From NCBI GenBank assembly GCA_000934665.2, contig KZ537976.1:124001-188000 (forward strand): 64,000 bases of DNA, given 5' to 3'. How positions within the stretch are numbered: position 1 is the first letter of the stretch; every line of letters starts with the position of its first letter. The translations under genes and the position numbers were made by a program. The notes beneath the pieces were generated by a model. It worked only from the letters and a program-made list of their open reading frames with translations, ran no database searches and was not told where the DNA came from. Shown here one piece after another: positions 1 to 14,800 of the stretch. This DNA is from Catajapyx aquilonaris. Lineage: Eukaryota.

Positions 1-3000
1 CGGAAAATGACCTGCGGGTTTTGTTATTGACTTTTTTTAAAATGGAATTTAATCACCTAACTACGTACAGTACATGGGTTTAAACGTTTCTCTGCTTCGT
101 GAATTACTGTAGTCCGATACCCCCCAAAAAGCATGAACACTGAATATATTTCCAATCAACACATGTTAAATACCGTGTAGCCTGTAGCTTACAATAGAGG
201 CAAAAAAAAAAATGCCAGTCTCATCCCGATTTTAATTATCTGCATAGAGCTGTAAGTCCAGTATAGTACCGGTACAGTACAGTACGTAAGTTGACAAAAT
301 AATGGTACAGAAGATCGACTGAGCTTTTATCCTCATAGTCAGGCTTCCCGCCGAACAGGAAAGGCTGTTGGGTGGCCCTTAACAGTTAGGATAAAGAATT
401 TACATATTTTTTGCAAGTAGCCCCCAATATTCCTTTTATACTGCGCAACTTGTAGGCCTCGATTTAAATAGAATCTTGCACCGTATCCTCCCCTTGCGTT
501 TTGGATAAATGTGGTAGGATGGGGCGTGTCCACTAGGCGGAAGCGGCGCTGTCTGCGACACAATGCAAAAAGGGGGTACCCATGCCTGCTAAATAAATCA
601 AACCCGCCTTTTCCCTTTTGCCAAAAACCCCCCCACATCTTGCTATGCATCCCAGGCGCTTTGAAACACCGCATTTCTCCGCCCTCTGATGAAGTTTTAT
701 TACGGGGAATCCTCCACCTTCCCCAGCAGAGAAGACTAAGAAAATCCGGGGGCCATATATACCGGTGTAGTTTCAACCTGTCGGCTTCTTGCCAGATGAA
801 GCGGGAATGTCGAAAAAGCCGGGGCCTGTAGACTAATGACTCCCCTCCCAGCAACAACTTCTAACTTTTTAAAGGGAGGTAAAATATATTTCTCCCTGAG
901 GGTTGTTTCCTGCGTGTTTGCAACAGACGGAAAGTGTAGATATTGGGTTGCTGATGCAGGAGGAACTATGCAAAGGTCGATACTTCTGGAGGTGAGGCTT
1001 CTTACGGTTTTTATTTATTGGAATCAGGCCTCTAACTACGGTACAAATTATATATATCTAGATACTTCAAACCACAGACTAAGGGTAAACTTTGCTGGTG
1101 GGAAGCACAACCGTGAATAATTAATCGCCGATTTGAATTTGAGAGCAGAGTGTTTGCAGTCAAGGCAAGTGAACCGTCGGAGCGTGCACCTTTTTACCGT
1201 CCGGTTCTTCACATGCAGGCCGCAAAATTACTCCGCAGAAGCCCTATACCACACATGCTCTAATTGGGAAAACATTTTCCTTGGGCAGCGTATGTTGACT
1301 CAATTTGCTCTCATTAAAACAAGCCAGCAGTCGGAGTGATTGGTGCTGCTGCTGCAGTCTTTTTCTGGCCTCACCATGGTTAAAGGCAACACTGGTTGAG
1401 TCAACTCTGAGGTTCAGAAAGGGGTATAGGAGGGAGAGAGAAAAGCCGCCGGAGTGAAGTTGAAACAAAGTTTTGAGAAGCATTGGGAGAAACGTTGATT
1501 AGGAATGGAAGGCGGAAAAGGGGGGGGGGGGTTAAAGAGCTCTCGGCGGTGAAGAGGAAAGACAAGGCCTCCGTTCGATATCTATATATCAGAGAAGGTC
1601 GGTTTGAAGGGGGGTGGGCTTTCTATTCTGCCCCCCCCCCCTCTCCAACACTCCACAAACAGGCTTAAGGATTGGCGATGCGAGAACTTACGATTCCCAC
1701 CTTGGAATTGGGCAAAAGCTGCTGGGACTCTACACAGGGTGGTCCGTATAATGACACAATTCGTAAGAGTGAACTCCTGTGAACAAGTTGATCCTGTTAC
1801 TAGACACCCTGTAGGTGGAAGTAGGGAAAATGGCGTCGGGTGTAGGAAAGGAGGAAGCCAAAGGCGATTTGTTTCGGTTCCTACCGTCTACAAGATCCTC
1901 GCACCAACAAGGCCCTGCTGGGGATTTCTTTTCGAGTCGATTGCACACCAAGGCGAGAAGATCCGCCCGAGAAATAGAGGAAGAGATGAGAGAGAGAAAA
2001 AAGCGTCTCAGCAACACTTTTACCAGCCTTGATTCCATTTACAGGCCAGAGGATTTTGAACCTTACTTTTTTCCCCTCTTTCCGCGGGTAGGCGCATTTT
2101 GTGGCCTGTAAATTGAGATCTTTTTTTTCTGTAATCTCTTGCGGAAGTTAATGATCAGTTGCGCGCTATATGGGATAAAATGCTGTCATGGCGGAACAAT
2201 CAGTGCGCAGGAGTTAAACGATATTCGAAAGGGGCCGCAGGGGAGTCCATTAGTCAATCAGTGAATCGCATTAGGTGGCATCGTTTGAAAACGATGTGAA
2301 CTTGTCATGAATACCGGGGGATTTTGAATCACAAAAATCCCGGAACTTCAAACGTAATCGTTAAGCCGATTCGCGTAAAAGTCGCTCCTAGAATTATTTA
2401 TAAAAGGCATTTAGAATGACATATTCAGTCAGTTTTTAGCAGTATAATAGGTTGGATGTATATTATGAGCACGAAGGGATTTACCTGTAAATTCTTACTG
2501 CTCTATAAATTTGAAACGTACCGGTATATCTGCTTAATTAACAAAATGGGGCTCTACCTGATTATCCCAATCAGTCAGGTGTAAATTGTGACTCTGTGAC
2601 GCTAATTATGGCATGTAAGCTATAGGAATGAACCCCGCGCGACACTCCGACCCTTTCATCCAGATTTGCGCACATAATTATGATGCTTAATTTTTATCCG
2701 GTATACTGTATAACCTGTTACCAATACAGTATTTAGACGGCGATAAACGCTACGTATTGAATATACTGTACTGTAGGTATGTACCAAGTATGTACAGTAC
2801 ATTAGTAGGTTAGGGAGGCACTTGGGAAGTATGTACTCGTAATTAACTATCCAGACATTTCTGTGATGCCGAAATTAATGAGAAACAATATATTCAAACT
2901 GATTATAGCTTTTTGTAGAACCCTGTGGTAAAAGGGTAGAGCAGAAATGAGCGGAAGAATTGAGTCAGTCTAATTAAAAGGCAATGCCCGTGAGTGCCAG

Positions 3001-5046
3001 GAGACTTTCATTTCAGATCCGCGCCATAACTAAATTTTAAAAAAACTGGGCTCGAAGTACAATTTTTTGCCAATTAAAATTTTAGGAAATTGGAGGAATA
3101 TATGCGCAAAAATATTTTTGGACCATCCTGGATATTAAAGGGTCATCCGAACTTTTTGTTTAGTGCCCTGCACACACGTTGAGAGCATTTATTTTTACAT
3201 GCTGCAGGGCACACTCTAGATCCACTTTAATCAACGTGAATTAATCAATCAGTAGCGATGCATTCATTCACAAAGTGTTAGCTGCCAAAATATTAATGAA
3301 GGTTAATTAAAGAGTAGTACACAAAAAGGGTTCGGAACCAACAGCAGATAACCTGTGTGCTCTGTACCTACTCACTTGAAGTCGGTACCGCCTTTTCTCA
3401 CAGTTTTTCCAAGGAAAGGAACCGGACTTTTTTTTCGCCTGGTTGGACTCCACTGTGTCATGTCCATCAGCATATGAGCCTTGAGGCCCGTTGGTCAAAT
3501 ATTTAGATCCGGGCCCCCCCTTTGCTTGCTTCCTCTGCAGTCCTGATTCGCGTCGTTGCTCGCGCCTTTTGATCGTCGCTTTCCTGCAAATCCGTTAGCT
3601 CATTAGTCTGCATCAACCTTCTGACGGCCCTGCATTTAGCCGCCTGTCTGCTTTTCCCCTGCCTGAGAGAGAGAAGAGATATGCTCGTTTTGCAGAGCTT
3701 TTCTCCACCTGGGGATCATGGGACCTGAGAGAAGGGGGACTTAACAACTGCAAAACTGCATTCCTTGTCGCAACCCCCCTCTTTTTGGGGGCTTCCATGT
3801 AATTATTGTGAGTCCTGCTGGCTGGATGTGATATTTAAAGTGGGGGAGGATTTGCTGTCACCCAGAGGGGGGTCGTGCATGCCTGGAGCGATGAATGGAA
3901 GTTGGGCCCACCCACACGAAAAGGGATTGCAGATTTGGACGTGGAGAATTTAATCTGTTTCTAGCAGGTTGGGAATGAGGGAGATATTTGATGCTGGCTC
4001 GTGTTATTGCGATGGGCAGAAAGTAGTTTTGTTGGGCAGAATATGGAGGAACAACATCTGTCGAAAGTTCGCGCTAACGATGACCGTGACACACATAATT
4101 GTGATTTGATTAATTAATGCTCGTATTAATTGGGTAGAAGATAAAATCAGAGCCGAACGAACGCTAATTAGCAATGAGCTCGTTTTGAGAAAATGGGGCC
4201 TGTTGCTATTTTCGGCATCAAACCAGACCGGGTTTTGTTCCCTTGTTTGTAGGATGATTGAGATAGTCTGGTGTTTTTTTTGGGAGGGCTCGGTAAATTC
4301 ACCTCCCCCCTGTAATACCTTTCATTTGCCTAACCATTTTCAATGAAACAATGCATATTTCGACCCTTTGAGATGCTAGGAATTTGTAATATTGCATGAG
4401 CAGACTTCTAAGGATGTATGAAATTGAGCAACTCGATATAATCATTAGCGCATAGTTAGTTCTTCACAAACTTGACTTGATTACTGGGAGGGGCAGGGAT
4501 GCAATGTATGTGAAAGATTACTACTTTTTTTCCTTTGATCATTTATTCGCCTCTAGCTCGTGTATTCTGCAATGTTTGCCATTGCGACGTCTCGCTATAT
4601 ATAAAAAACAGCGTTATTATACAAGTAGAGTGCTTCATTTGTACAGACTTTTGGTGGCCTAAAATCTTGCTCATTTTGAAAAGAGGATTTACATGTCGTG
4701 CCATTTTCTCTCACAAATCTGATTAGCATCTGACAATTATTACTTAAACAACTCTCTTCCCCCTCGTGAATTTGCTGCTTGACTAATGTATTGCCTGCCA
4801 AGTTTTGATCTGCTAATTTCATGAACACTCATTTAATTTTATGGTTTCCACAATTTTTTTTGAATAATGGATTATCGACAGGTGAGTTTTTTAACGAGAT
4901 GATCGACAGCCTGCTCGCATTTTCATAAGCTCCAGATTTTTACATGTCTGCATGTCCGGAATAATATTGTATCACGAATGTTCAACCTTTTATCCTCAGC
5001 GTTGATCCGGACATCGGATGTAATTAATGGCCTGGTCCTTTGACAG

Positions 5047-6478
5047 ATTCGGTCGCAGGGTCGGGGCGAGCTGCTGGTGTCCCTGTGCTGGCAACCTGCG
5101 GCCAACCGTCTGACCGTGGTGGTTTTGAAGGCCCGCAACCTCCCAAAGATGGACGTCACCGGATTGGCAGGTGAGACCCGGAACAGGACACATCGCATTT
5201 ACCCGGTCACTGATGCGACACTGTGCGACAAACAACAGGCTTCAGATAAATAATTCATCCGACCTTTTTTTTTGCACTGGTGACAAATCAGTCTCACTAG
5301 ATCGATTTTCTCTAGAGCGTGACTCTTGACTTCCTACTCAGAGAAAAGGAAGCGCCTTTCCTTTACGAGATCCGCCGAATTAAATTCCTCGGGACGAGAC
5401 GGAGAATTCAGAGTTTATTCTCCAGGTTGTCGTTTGTCTCGATGTCGCGGTTGGAGGTTTGGGTAATTGACTCGTAGCACGACCGGGTCCAGAGGATTGT
5501 ACAAGGTGATTCAAAATTCTATGAACCCGAGATGTCGTCATTAGGTAACACACTGTATTATACGGATGCGCTCAAGTTTTCTTTACAAGTTTTGCTCTGA
5601 GATGCGGGTGGAAACCCTTGAGATAGAACGCTTCCGGAAATAAATTATCTTGTATATGCGGAGATTACAGCGCGCGACAAACTCGGGAACGTGCCTGGAT
5701 TTTCCGGAGCGTCATTTCCGAAGCTGAACTTCCCCCGCGAGTTATTTATTTCGAGTTTTAAATGGGCACGCTCTTGGAAGACGTTTAACGAGCAACGCAG
5801 CGGCAAAGGAATTACGATGTAGCCTTGGTATCTTTCTTGACTCTTGTCATTCTTCACTCAAGGAGTTCGTGTTTAGAAACCATCATTGTCTGGTCTCGGT
5901 TTTATCTAGCTGTAGTTTCAGACCCGGTTAGCTCATTCTTGGAATTAAGAGGAGTATAAACATCTCTGTTTCATTTCTGATTTTCCTTTCAGATCCGTAC
6001 GTCAAGATATACTTGCTGTACAACGGACAGCGCATCGCTAAGAAGAAAACCCACGTGAAGAAACGGACCCTGAACCCGGTTTTCAACGAGTCTTTCGTAT
6101 TCGACATCCCTGCAGGCGCCGAAGCTCTCGACAATATCAGCCTCGAATTTCTTCTCCTCGATTGGGACCGGGTCACCAAGAACGAGGTCAGTTGATTACA
6201 AACACACATATAGTTGGCGATTTTGAGTTATTTCCTGGTGGCCTGGTGAATAGTCTTAAAAATTTATAATGAGCCATTAAGCCAGGATTTTCTGTCTTCC
6301 CTAGCATGTACGTAAGTGGATTATTTAGCAAGTTTTTTTTGACGTGTGTCTGTTTCAGGTGATCGGACGTCTAGAGCTGGGTGGTGCCAAGAGCATCGGT
6401 ACCGCGCTGCACCACTGGAACGAAGTGTGCAACTCTCCTCGTCGCCAGATCGCAGAGTGGCACAAGCTAAGGGAGTAA
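5047..6478 (+). CDS. Syt4: Synaptotagmin-4-like protein, last three coding exons (C2B domain); 5' part lies upstream of the window
   Basis: Exons 5047-5170, 5993-6186 and 6359-6478 (TAA), with GT-AG boundaries and consistent phases. Translation: [81 protein letters not shown]...[20 protein letters not shown]...[21 protein letters not shown]. This closely matches arthropod Syt4 C2B as I recall it. Confidence 0.93.
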
Positions 6479-8867
6479 GCATTACCCCCTCCCCAAAAAA
6501 ATACCCGCCTGGTTTATATTATTTTTCCTGTATCAAGCTACACCTCTCTACCTGTAAACTTGGCCTAAAACCTACTCAAAAAAAATAATGGAGCTTTCTG
6601 TCTCACCGTGAGATCTTTCTCTCTCAAAAAATCCGGTGAGAGGTTCATGAGCTCGATTTAATTCCTCTCCGTGTCATTTGGCACCAATTTGTAACAAGGT
6701 GCCGCCCGTGCTACTTAAATATTTTTTAAACAAATTTATTTACTTCATTTACGAAGGTGGCTATTACTTGGACGGTACTGTACGTTCCTGAATGTTGCAA
6801 TTCAACCGGGTGCGTTCAGAACAAAGTCGGTTTCAAAGGTCACTTTTAAGGGTGGTATTAAAAACTTGCAATACCCGACTTAAGGAGACACACTAAATTG
6901 TATAATTATTTGAACAAAATCAGTTTCTGTGATTTAAGCGCAGTGCCAGTGTACCTTATTTCGGGTTTTGTGCAATATTGTAAAACAATTTTTTTTGAGG
7001 CATACATGTACACCGAGTACGTTGTATTACAGGGTCGTGACATTTGATAAAGGTGTTAGCCACAATTCTCAGCAGAGTCGACTCGTTTTCATGACAAAAA
7101 TGTGCGTGGAATTATAATTTATTATGTCCGCGTGTCAATTAGCTCGTACTTAATTCGTGTATATTTTAGTTTTTCACTTCTTGTTTATGGAAGCTTCGCG
7201 TAGATTATGTGAAAATTGTCATAAAACAAGTGGTCGCCACTTTTCGCTTTATTTCCAAGGCCCACCCGTGAGATGTTGTTTACGGTTTACCTTCCTGTGG
7301 AAAGTATAGGACTGTCTCTTGGTGCTGTCGTCTGCCAGATTGAGATTACAAAGAAAAGGAAAGAAAATAATAATATTGAAGCAGCGATTGTACCCTTTGA
7401 TTACAGAAGAAAAAAATCTGCTCCAGTTTTTTGTAATGTCGTAGGTGTCATTTCTTTTTCGTGGCAAGCGAAGGACTTTTCTCGCCGCTTTTTAAAACTT
7501 GGTTTTCAAAAAAAAAAGAAAAAGAAATTTCCGGTTGAAGCTGTACATATACCGGTATAGTCTCCAAACTATTTGGTGAGCCACTACTTAGACCAGTCAT
7601 TTTATTTTTTCGGGTCACTGTGCAGGACTTGCATTTGCCAAAGTCGACTTTGGAGCAACACTTTTTTATTTGGGTTTAAAAATATCCGGCATGATTTGTT
7701 AGATTGCAAATTGCACCTGCGATTCCCCCCACCTGTAACCCTCCCACATTTTGCAAAAAAAACATCACTATGTGACGGCGCGTCCATTTGATTCTAGACA
7801 TGTGTCAAAAAATCGGAATTTAAATGACGAATCGTGCATGGCGTCACAACCGCGTCATAACTGTAGACATCCCCAAACTGCTATAAACGGATTTAAAAAA
7901 ATAAAATAAACACCACCAGACCTTGTCGGCTGGTGTGAGGCGACATGTTCCCTCTTCAACACAACTGTAATAAATATATAGACTTAGCTGGTAACTTAGG
8001 TCATAGGGATGATGCATTCACTAACAATTTAAACCAAAAAGTCATGGGGGATTACTTCATTTTAGAGCTTGGTAATCAGTGTGTCGGGGGTGGTGAGAGT
8101 CCCAAAAAAAATAAAGTCCACAATGATTATTTGCAAAAAAAACCAATAAGAGAATAAATAAATCCGTAACAATTGCGTGTATAAAATGAGAGCGGAAAAA
8201 ATGAAGGTTTTTGGGCTCTCCGACTAAGTTCTTATTGTAGTAGACTCTTTGCTGTACCCGGATACGATTGGTCATTCGATTCCTCCCGGTGCAGTTAGCT
8301 AGTTACTTTCGTGAAATCCAATTTATATACGAAGAAAGAAAAAAGTTTATTTTGCCAACTCTAGTCTATAAGTCAGCAAGTGCAAGGTGTACAGTGAGCG
8401 TTGTACATGGAAAGGAAAAATAAACCTTTGGAACTATGTGGCCCCCTTTTGTGTGATACATCTTTTTCGACTTATACAGGGAGAATTTTTGTTTAAATTA
8501 ATAAATGAATGGAGTTGGCTGCGGTTTCTTCCATGGATACGGTACAGGCAAGTTGGATGCTTGTTCACTGCATATGTCGATGTTGTATGAGAAAAACCCA
8601 ATGACAATGCGTATTTTAAAAGCACTTTATTTTTTTACGTTTGGTTCATTTGGTATATTGTATGAACAAGGTGTAGTATCTGCCTTGTATTGGAAACATT
8701 ACTGCTATTGCATGCTAAGACTTATTTTGAAGACACGAGAGCTTATGCATGATTTTGACAGATTTTTTTTTGTTATACGCGTTATGTGAATAGAAGCTGG
8801 TAATTTGGTTAAATTTCTTATTGTTTCGCTTTTTCTGCAACTTTCGTTTATGATTTTGGATCCGCTT

Positions 8868-11800
8868 TCAGAAATTCTCAGAGTGGTGCTGGAATATGGC
8901 ACCCTGTTCCCTGTTGAGAGCATTGCACGCCTCGTCCACTCCTCTGGTCATTGGTGGAGGACCGCAGCTGAAGACTCCAATGCGATTCACCTACAGGTAA
9001 AAAAAAAGACGAAGTAGTTCACACAAGTCTACTTAACAAATAAACTCAATATACTAACCCCTGGATGGATGAGCTTGAGAGACATGAGGAAACTGTCGAA
9101 ATTCGGTCGTCCGAAATGCGTGACTGAGCGCAGGCCCGTGAACAGAGATCGGTTGGACACTTTCTGGAAGTGTCTCTCGCACACGTACTGTTTGGAGAGT
9201 TTGGAAAATTTGCATAGATAAGAGCAATCGTGGCCATTTCAGGAGTGGACCTGGGCCTCTCAGGTTTCTAACTAACTGGACTGTACACTCACCAGCATGA
9301 CTGTTCGGAGGTCGAATTTGTGGTAGAATTGAGTCACAAAGATGTGCACGGACACAATCCGCTCCCGGTCGTTGCTTTCCACTTCACGGATTATGTCCAC
9401 CAGCCACTCGAAATGCTTCTGGGTTCTAGTCACCCACAAAAAGTACACCTGAAATTGTACGGCTGTCATTAATCTGGAATGACACATTGGTAATACAAGG
9501 TGACGTACCTTTTTGAACGGTGCGGACACCTGATTACGAGTCCGAAAAACAATGTCCTTGAGGATTGAAGCAAATGGGGTGACCCCGATGCCTCCTCCGA
9601 CCAGTACTGCTACCTCGAACTTGTACCAGTCCTGATGCCCCTCTCCGTAAGGTCCGTCCAGATGTATCTTGGGCAAAGGTCCGTCCCGATGCACGCTGGC
9701 GTCGTAAATGCGTCGCAGGTTGGACGTCCATGGTCCGACTGCCCTGATGTGCAAGGTCAAATGCGGTTCGTTCGGGGCAGAGGACAATGTGAAAGGATGG
9801 TACTCGTGTCCACTCATGCCCAGACAGGCGATTCGTACCCACTGGCCCGACTTGTACTCGAAATTTCCCGGCCTCTTGAACTTCAGGAGAGTCACCCCTG
9901 GAAAAGAGAAGTGGATCGGGTGTTCAAAAATGTTTTTTAAAAATCATAGTCTTTAGATTCGGGTTGTGGAAGCCGGAAAAACTCACTGGAAGGTAGCAGC
10001 TCAGCTTTGATGACCTGAATCTCGACCTTTTTCCGACTGATGCTGACCAATCGGTCGAGCGTAAAGAGGACGCAGGGACCCAGGAAAAAGTAGTGGAAAA
10101 ACGGTTCTTGCACCAATCGTCCGCTTCCGTGCAAAATCATCAGGAGGTAGAACACAGGGTACAGATTGTGAGTGACCCAGAACCAGTTGTACAGGTGCCG
10201 ACGGGAGTACTGGGTTGCGAAAGCGTATATAAGTCCACATACGCTGACCAGAAGGATCCCGGTGAAGCCAGTGAGGGTATTGAAGCACCAGTACTGGAAT
10301 TTGGGAATCTCGTGGGACCTGGGAAGAAAGAAAAAAAAATGTCTTGTTACTCGAGAATTACAGCAGGGAATCCTCAGGAAAATCCTTCCTTCAGAATTAC
10401 TGGAAATAGGATTTTACTCTCCTCCCAAGCTCCCCTTCCACCACTTCCAGTTCCTCCCCGATAGATTTGCTCAATAGCACAAAAAGCTTCTTTTCCACGT
10501 CGATTCCATATCGGACCCCGAGTGTCCTCAGAGCCCACCGAGTGACAATTTCAAGCTTGGAGTGTCACTCTTTCAATGGAATCTTTTATTCTCAAGAAAG
10601 CGGATTTTTTTTCTTCTTCTCCTTCTTCCCTCTTTTCCTCCACTCCGAAGAGTAATTAAATTTCTTCGTTGTCACACATGAACGAGCTGGGTTTAATTTC
10701 CGGAGAGAACTTACGCGTGGTAGAAGTTTCTGAAGAGACAGGTCAGGTCGGTCGCAGTCTGCGTTGAGATGTGGTAGAAGTTGATGGCGTGCCCGATGGT
10801 GTGGATCACTGCCAAAAGTAATGCAGCAAATTACACATTGCGATGTATGCACCGGTGTTGTTACTACCGTTGCTTGCTAATGCAAAACAGTAAATAATAC
10901 ACCTGAAAATGAGAGGTTTGCTCTAATTTTAAGGGTGTCTTTTGCAGCGTGCCCGTCAGGCTTTAATTATTCCATGTTCCTATCTGCAGGGTAAGAGGCA
11001 TAATTTATAAATGCGCACCTGACTTTGTTTCATTATTCAGCTATGCATTTGAAATATATCTGAGAGCGAAGAACCGGAGATGTGGTGCCGCCTCTTTCAT
11101 GCCATTCCTTGCACGACTGCTGGAACCGCTTTAAATTTTACAACTAAAAATGATGTAAACCTTTCAGTAATTTGCTTCTGACACTTAACCAGCAGGATTG
11201 TTGGTGAATTTGTGCAAAAGTGAAACTTCTCTTGTATACCTGTACCTCCCAATTGTTGAAGGTATCAACATATTGATCGGTATACACTGTATTGTTTAAT
11301 TATGTTTTGCACACATTCGGTTTTTGCAAAAATGTCAAACTACTGTAACAACTGTCAAACACAGATTTTCAAAACTTGTCAACACGACATAAACCTAGTT
11401 TCAATTTTTTGCACCAAATGTTAGCAACAACTCAACTTTCAACATTTAAAATCCACACATTCACTGCGAAAAACTTTAAATCCATCTTTTTGAGAGAGAA
11501 AAAAAGTCGACTTCTATTTTTCGCCTGAAAAAGCCAGGACTTTCGTCCAATCATGCACTAATTGCCACCATTTCTTACGCCAGCCGGAAAAAAAAGTTGG
11601 ACCACACTATTGTGCGAAATAAATCGAGTTGCAACACTATAATCTCTCTCTCTCTCCCCCTTTTCTCTCCTTGGTCGGGAGGAATCCTTTTGTTGAGGAG
11701 ACAAAAGTGTGCCGTCTCCGTGACAAAAGAATCGGACAGCGAGAGAATGGAAAAGGTGTGACTATACTGGAAAGGGTTAAAGTTGAGCCGACTGGGAAGA

Positions 11801-14800
11801 GTCTTTTTCCACCACCTTCAAAATGGAGAATGTCAATCTGCTTCCATGACGTCGAAAATAAAGAGTGGAAAAAGTGAAGTTACAAGACGGTATAGTCAGC
11901 ATTTCCTTGCACTAGTATGGGCAAAACTGCTTATAAGGATTGCTCAAAAAAATGAAGTCTTTTCATCCGATGCACAATATTATAGGGAGCTTTTTGGAGT
12001 TGGGTTGAAAGTGTGCTGGGGGGATAACAGCTCTTCCTTGTTCTTGGCTCCAAAGCCCGCAGGAGAGGGTATTCGCGACATGGAATTCCTTTCCCTGACT
12101 GTTCTCAGAATGGAAAGGTGAAAATTAAGGCCAGTCGGGAGCAAAGCAGAGGGTTTTATTCGGCGTGATGACCGATTGCTTGGCCTGGCCTAATTGTCGG
12201 ACTCAGTTTGCATAACAGACCAGTTTCCACAATTAAACCTAAGAAACTGCTAAAAATAAGCAGCACATTGCCAACAAATATCCCTAGGAATGAGCTATGC
12301 AGCATTAATATTATTATAAGATTTTGAAGCCGCGCACATACGAATTTTTGAGACCATTTTGTTAATTTATATGTCGCCGAAATGCAGTTAATAGAGTACA
12401 AAGTCATCATAATGTGTATGAATATGCAGTGTTACACAGGAAAATATGAAGGCGGAAGGAAATTAAATATTTAAATGAGAAGCTTTGAAATGGTAATTTT
12501 TGCCTTTTTCCCCCCACTTACCGCAGCTCGCTGATTTAATTTTGAAAATTCCCTTTGTCTCATAACACACTGAGATGATTGGCAGCAAACTGAGTACGAC
12601 AAGCAGATGTGTAGGCTTCAAGTTTATGCACATACAACCAACGATTCCGACACAACCTTTAGACAGCTCTTAATCACGTTTTAAAAGTGCATACAGAATG
12701 TTAGAATGAAATGCAAGAATTACCTGAGAAAAACAGGGCCCAGAATGCGATGTACTTGTGCATGGAGACGGCTGAATCGAATGGTATGAATCGGTTGAGG
12801 AATGTCTCCCTGAGGTGAGTGATGACATTTCTGCACATGGTGACCAGCAGAGACGAGTAGGTGAACATCATGGCCGAGGCTGCCCCTCGGGTCACGGTCA
12901 CTCCATATCCGGCGATTCTTCTCAGGCCACCATGCTCTCGCTCAACCGAATAATCTGCAGGGCAATGAATTTTGCAAATCAAGTTGCTATTCTCACCTCC
13001 CGCAAAAAAAATAGAAGCCACTTACAATAGGCCCTCTCGGCGAAAATGGCCAGAAGGACTAAAGTGTACAGGATGGTCCAGAATATTTGCAGGCTGTAGT
13101 TGTCCAAGTACTCTCGAAGATCTCCCAGGAATTTGTACTTGCTCTGGCTAGGAACTTTATTCTGCACCCTGACCTGAACTTCAGGTTCGGGAACTGCCTT
13201 TTGTTCCTCTGCGTCTGGCTTTGGCTCGCCTAGGCCAAGGTCTTCCCTGGTCCTGAAGTCGAACGTGGATTAATTAATTAATTTTAGTCCTTCACTCATA
13301 TTCACGAGTAAAGATTGGCACGAAATTTCGCATCACTTTAAAAAATTAAAGAATTTACTATTTTGAATTTCTTTTCTGCATTATAGGCACAATAGGGTTT
13401 ATTAAGACATGTCGTACGTACTCGTAGATCTCATAAAGCGTTGTCCTGGCTCGGTCGAAGAAGGTTCGTCGTCCTCCTTCTTTCCGTTGCCTGCTCTGCA
13501 AGTCGTGTGGTACGTTAGATCCGGTGAAGCTGAGGTCTGCTGAACCGATAGTGTCCTTGTAACGTGTCATTAACCGCTGGAAGTCGCTCAGGGTCACGTA
13601 TGCCTGCGGATAATATACGCACGTAATTTAAGACTTGGTTGGATCATGATCGTTAAAGACCTGGTTAAACGTACCGCTGACGAGGATTCTCCCAGGGAGC
13701 TCAGCATTGACGTCACAACAGCATCCACTTCCTTTTGATCCAGTGTATCGCTCGCTGATTCCATCAAGGACCTGCCACATAATCATGTTCACAATAAAGC
13801 GTTTCTGTGCTCGCAAATTATATGTCCCGAGTAATTTAATTAAACCAGGTCCATTTGACTATTGGTCATATTATGAACTCGACATGACTAACCTGATCAT
13901 TTCTGCCAATTCGTTCCTGGTTAGCTTTCCAGTTCGGTTGATGTCGTACATTTCGAACATTAGCTTCGCCTTGTCCTCAGCCGTACCCTTTGAGAATATG
14001 ACCAGCATGTCCAGGAATTCCCGGAATGAGATGTACCCATTCTTGTCCTTATCCACAAGGTTGAACATCTGGAAATTAATGTGTCCAGTGTTAACTTTGT
14101 CCCGTTTTCCACGAGCCAGTTTACATGACACCAAGAAAAAGGCAAAAAGCGATGTAAATATAGACCGCTTCATCCTTGCCTTACAAGCAAGAATATAAAC
14201 TGAAGCGCTTCTAGTTTACTGGGCTTGATAATAATTTACTCGCCTCCAAACTTGTGTTTAAATCGATTCATTTTAAGGCGGATTATTGTTTCAATGCTCT
14301 TTCAAACTCCATTGCAAACTGGCTCGTATTGAGTGAATTGAGCTTACTTTTTGGATGAAAATGGATTCAGTGGGCATCGACAAGGAGTCCGCAAACTCTG
14401 CCTTGGTCAGCTCGGTCTTGATGACCTCGTTGGATTCCGCCGTGTCAGTCGCCAGTATTTCTTCCTCGTTGTGCGCAATGTTGAACGCCTGTGCGAACAC
14501 AACCCTGAAGAATCTCTCCAGCCTCTTCTGCCTGTGCTTCTTGACCACTGCTGAAGCCAAGGCGGCCTTCAGACTCTGAGACACCGCCACTCTCTCTGTT
14601 CCTAATCCGGATAGGAACTCGTCCAATCCTTTAACAAAACCCTCTCTCAGGAAGGATGAGTCAAACTTCAGAACCAGGTCGTACTCCTTGGGAACCTTCA
14701 GCACCAGATGAATTTCATCAGTGACCATGATCATCTCCGACGGCGACTCTCCAGGGGTCATCCGTAGAACCTCGATGCTTCGGAGCAGCCCACCGGTTTG

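Noticed and set aside
1..5046. ORFs of 60-172 aa (e.g. 339-857, 1604-2032, 1815-2111)
   Set aside because: No recognisable domains or splice-consistent chain. This is most likely Syt4 intron.
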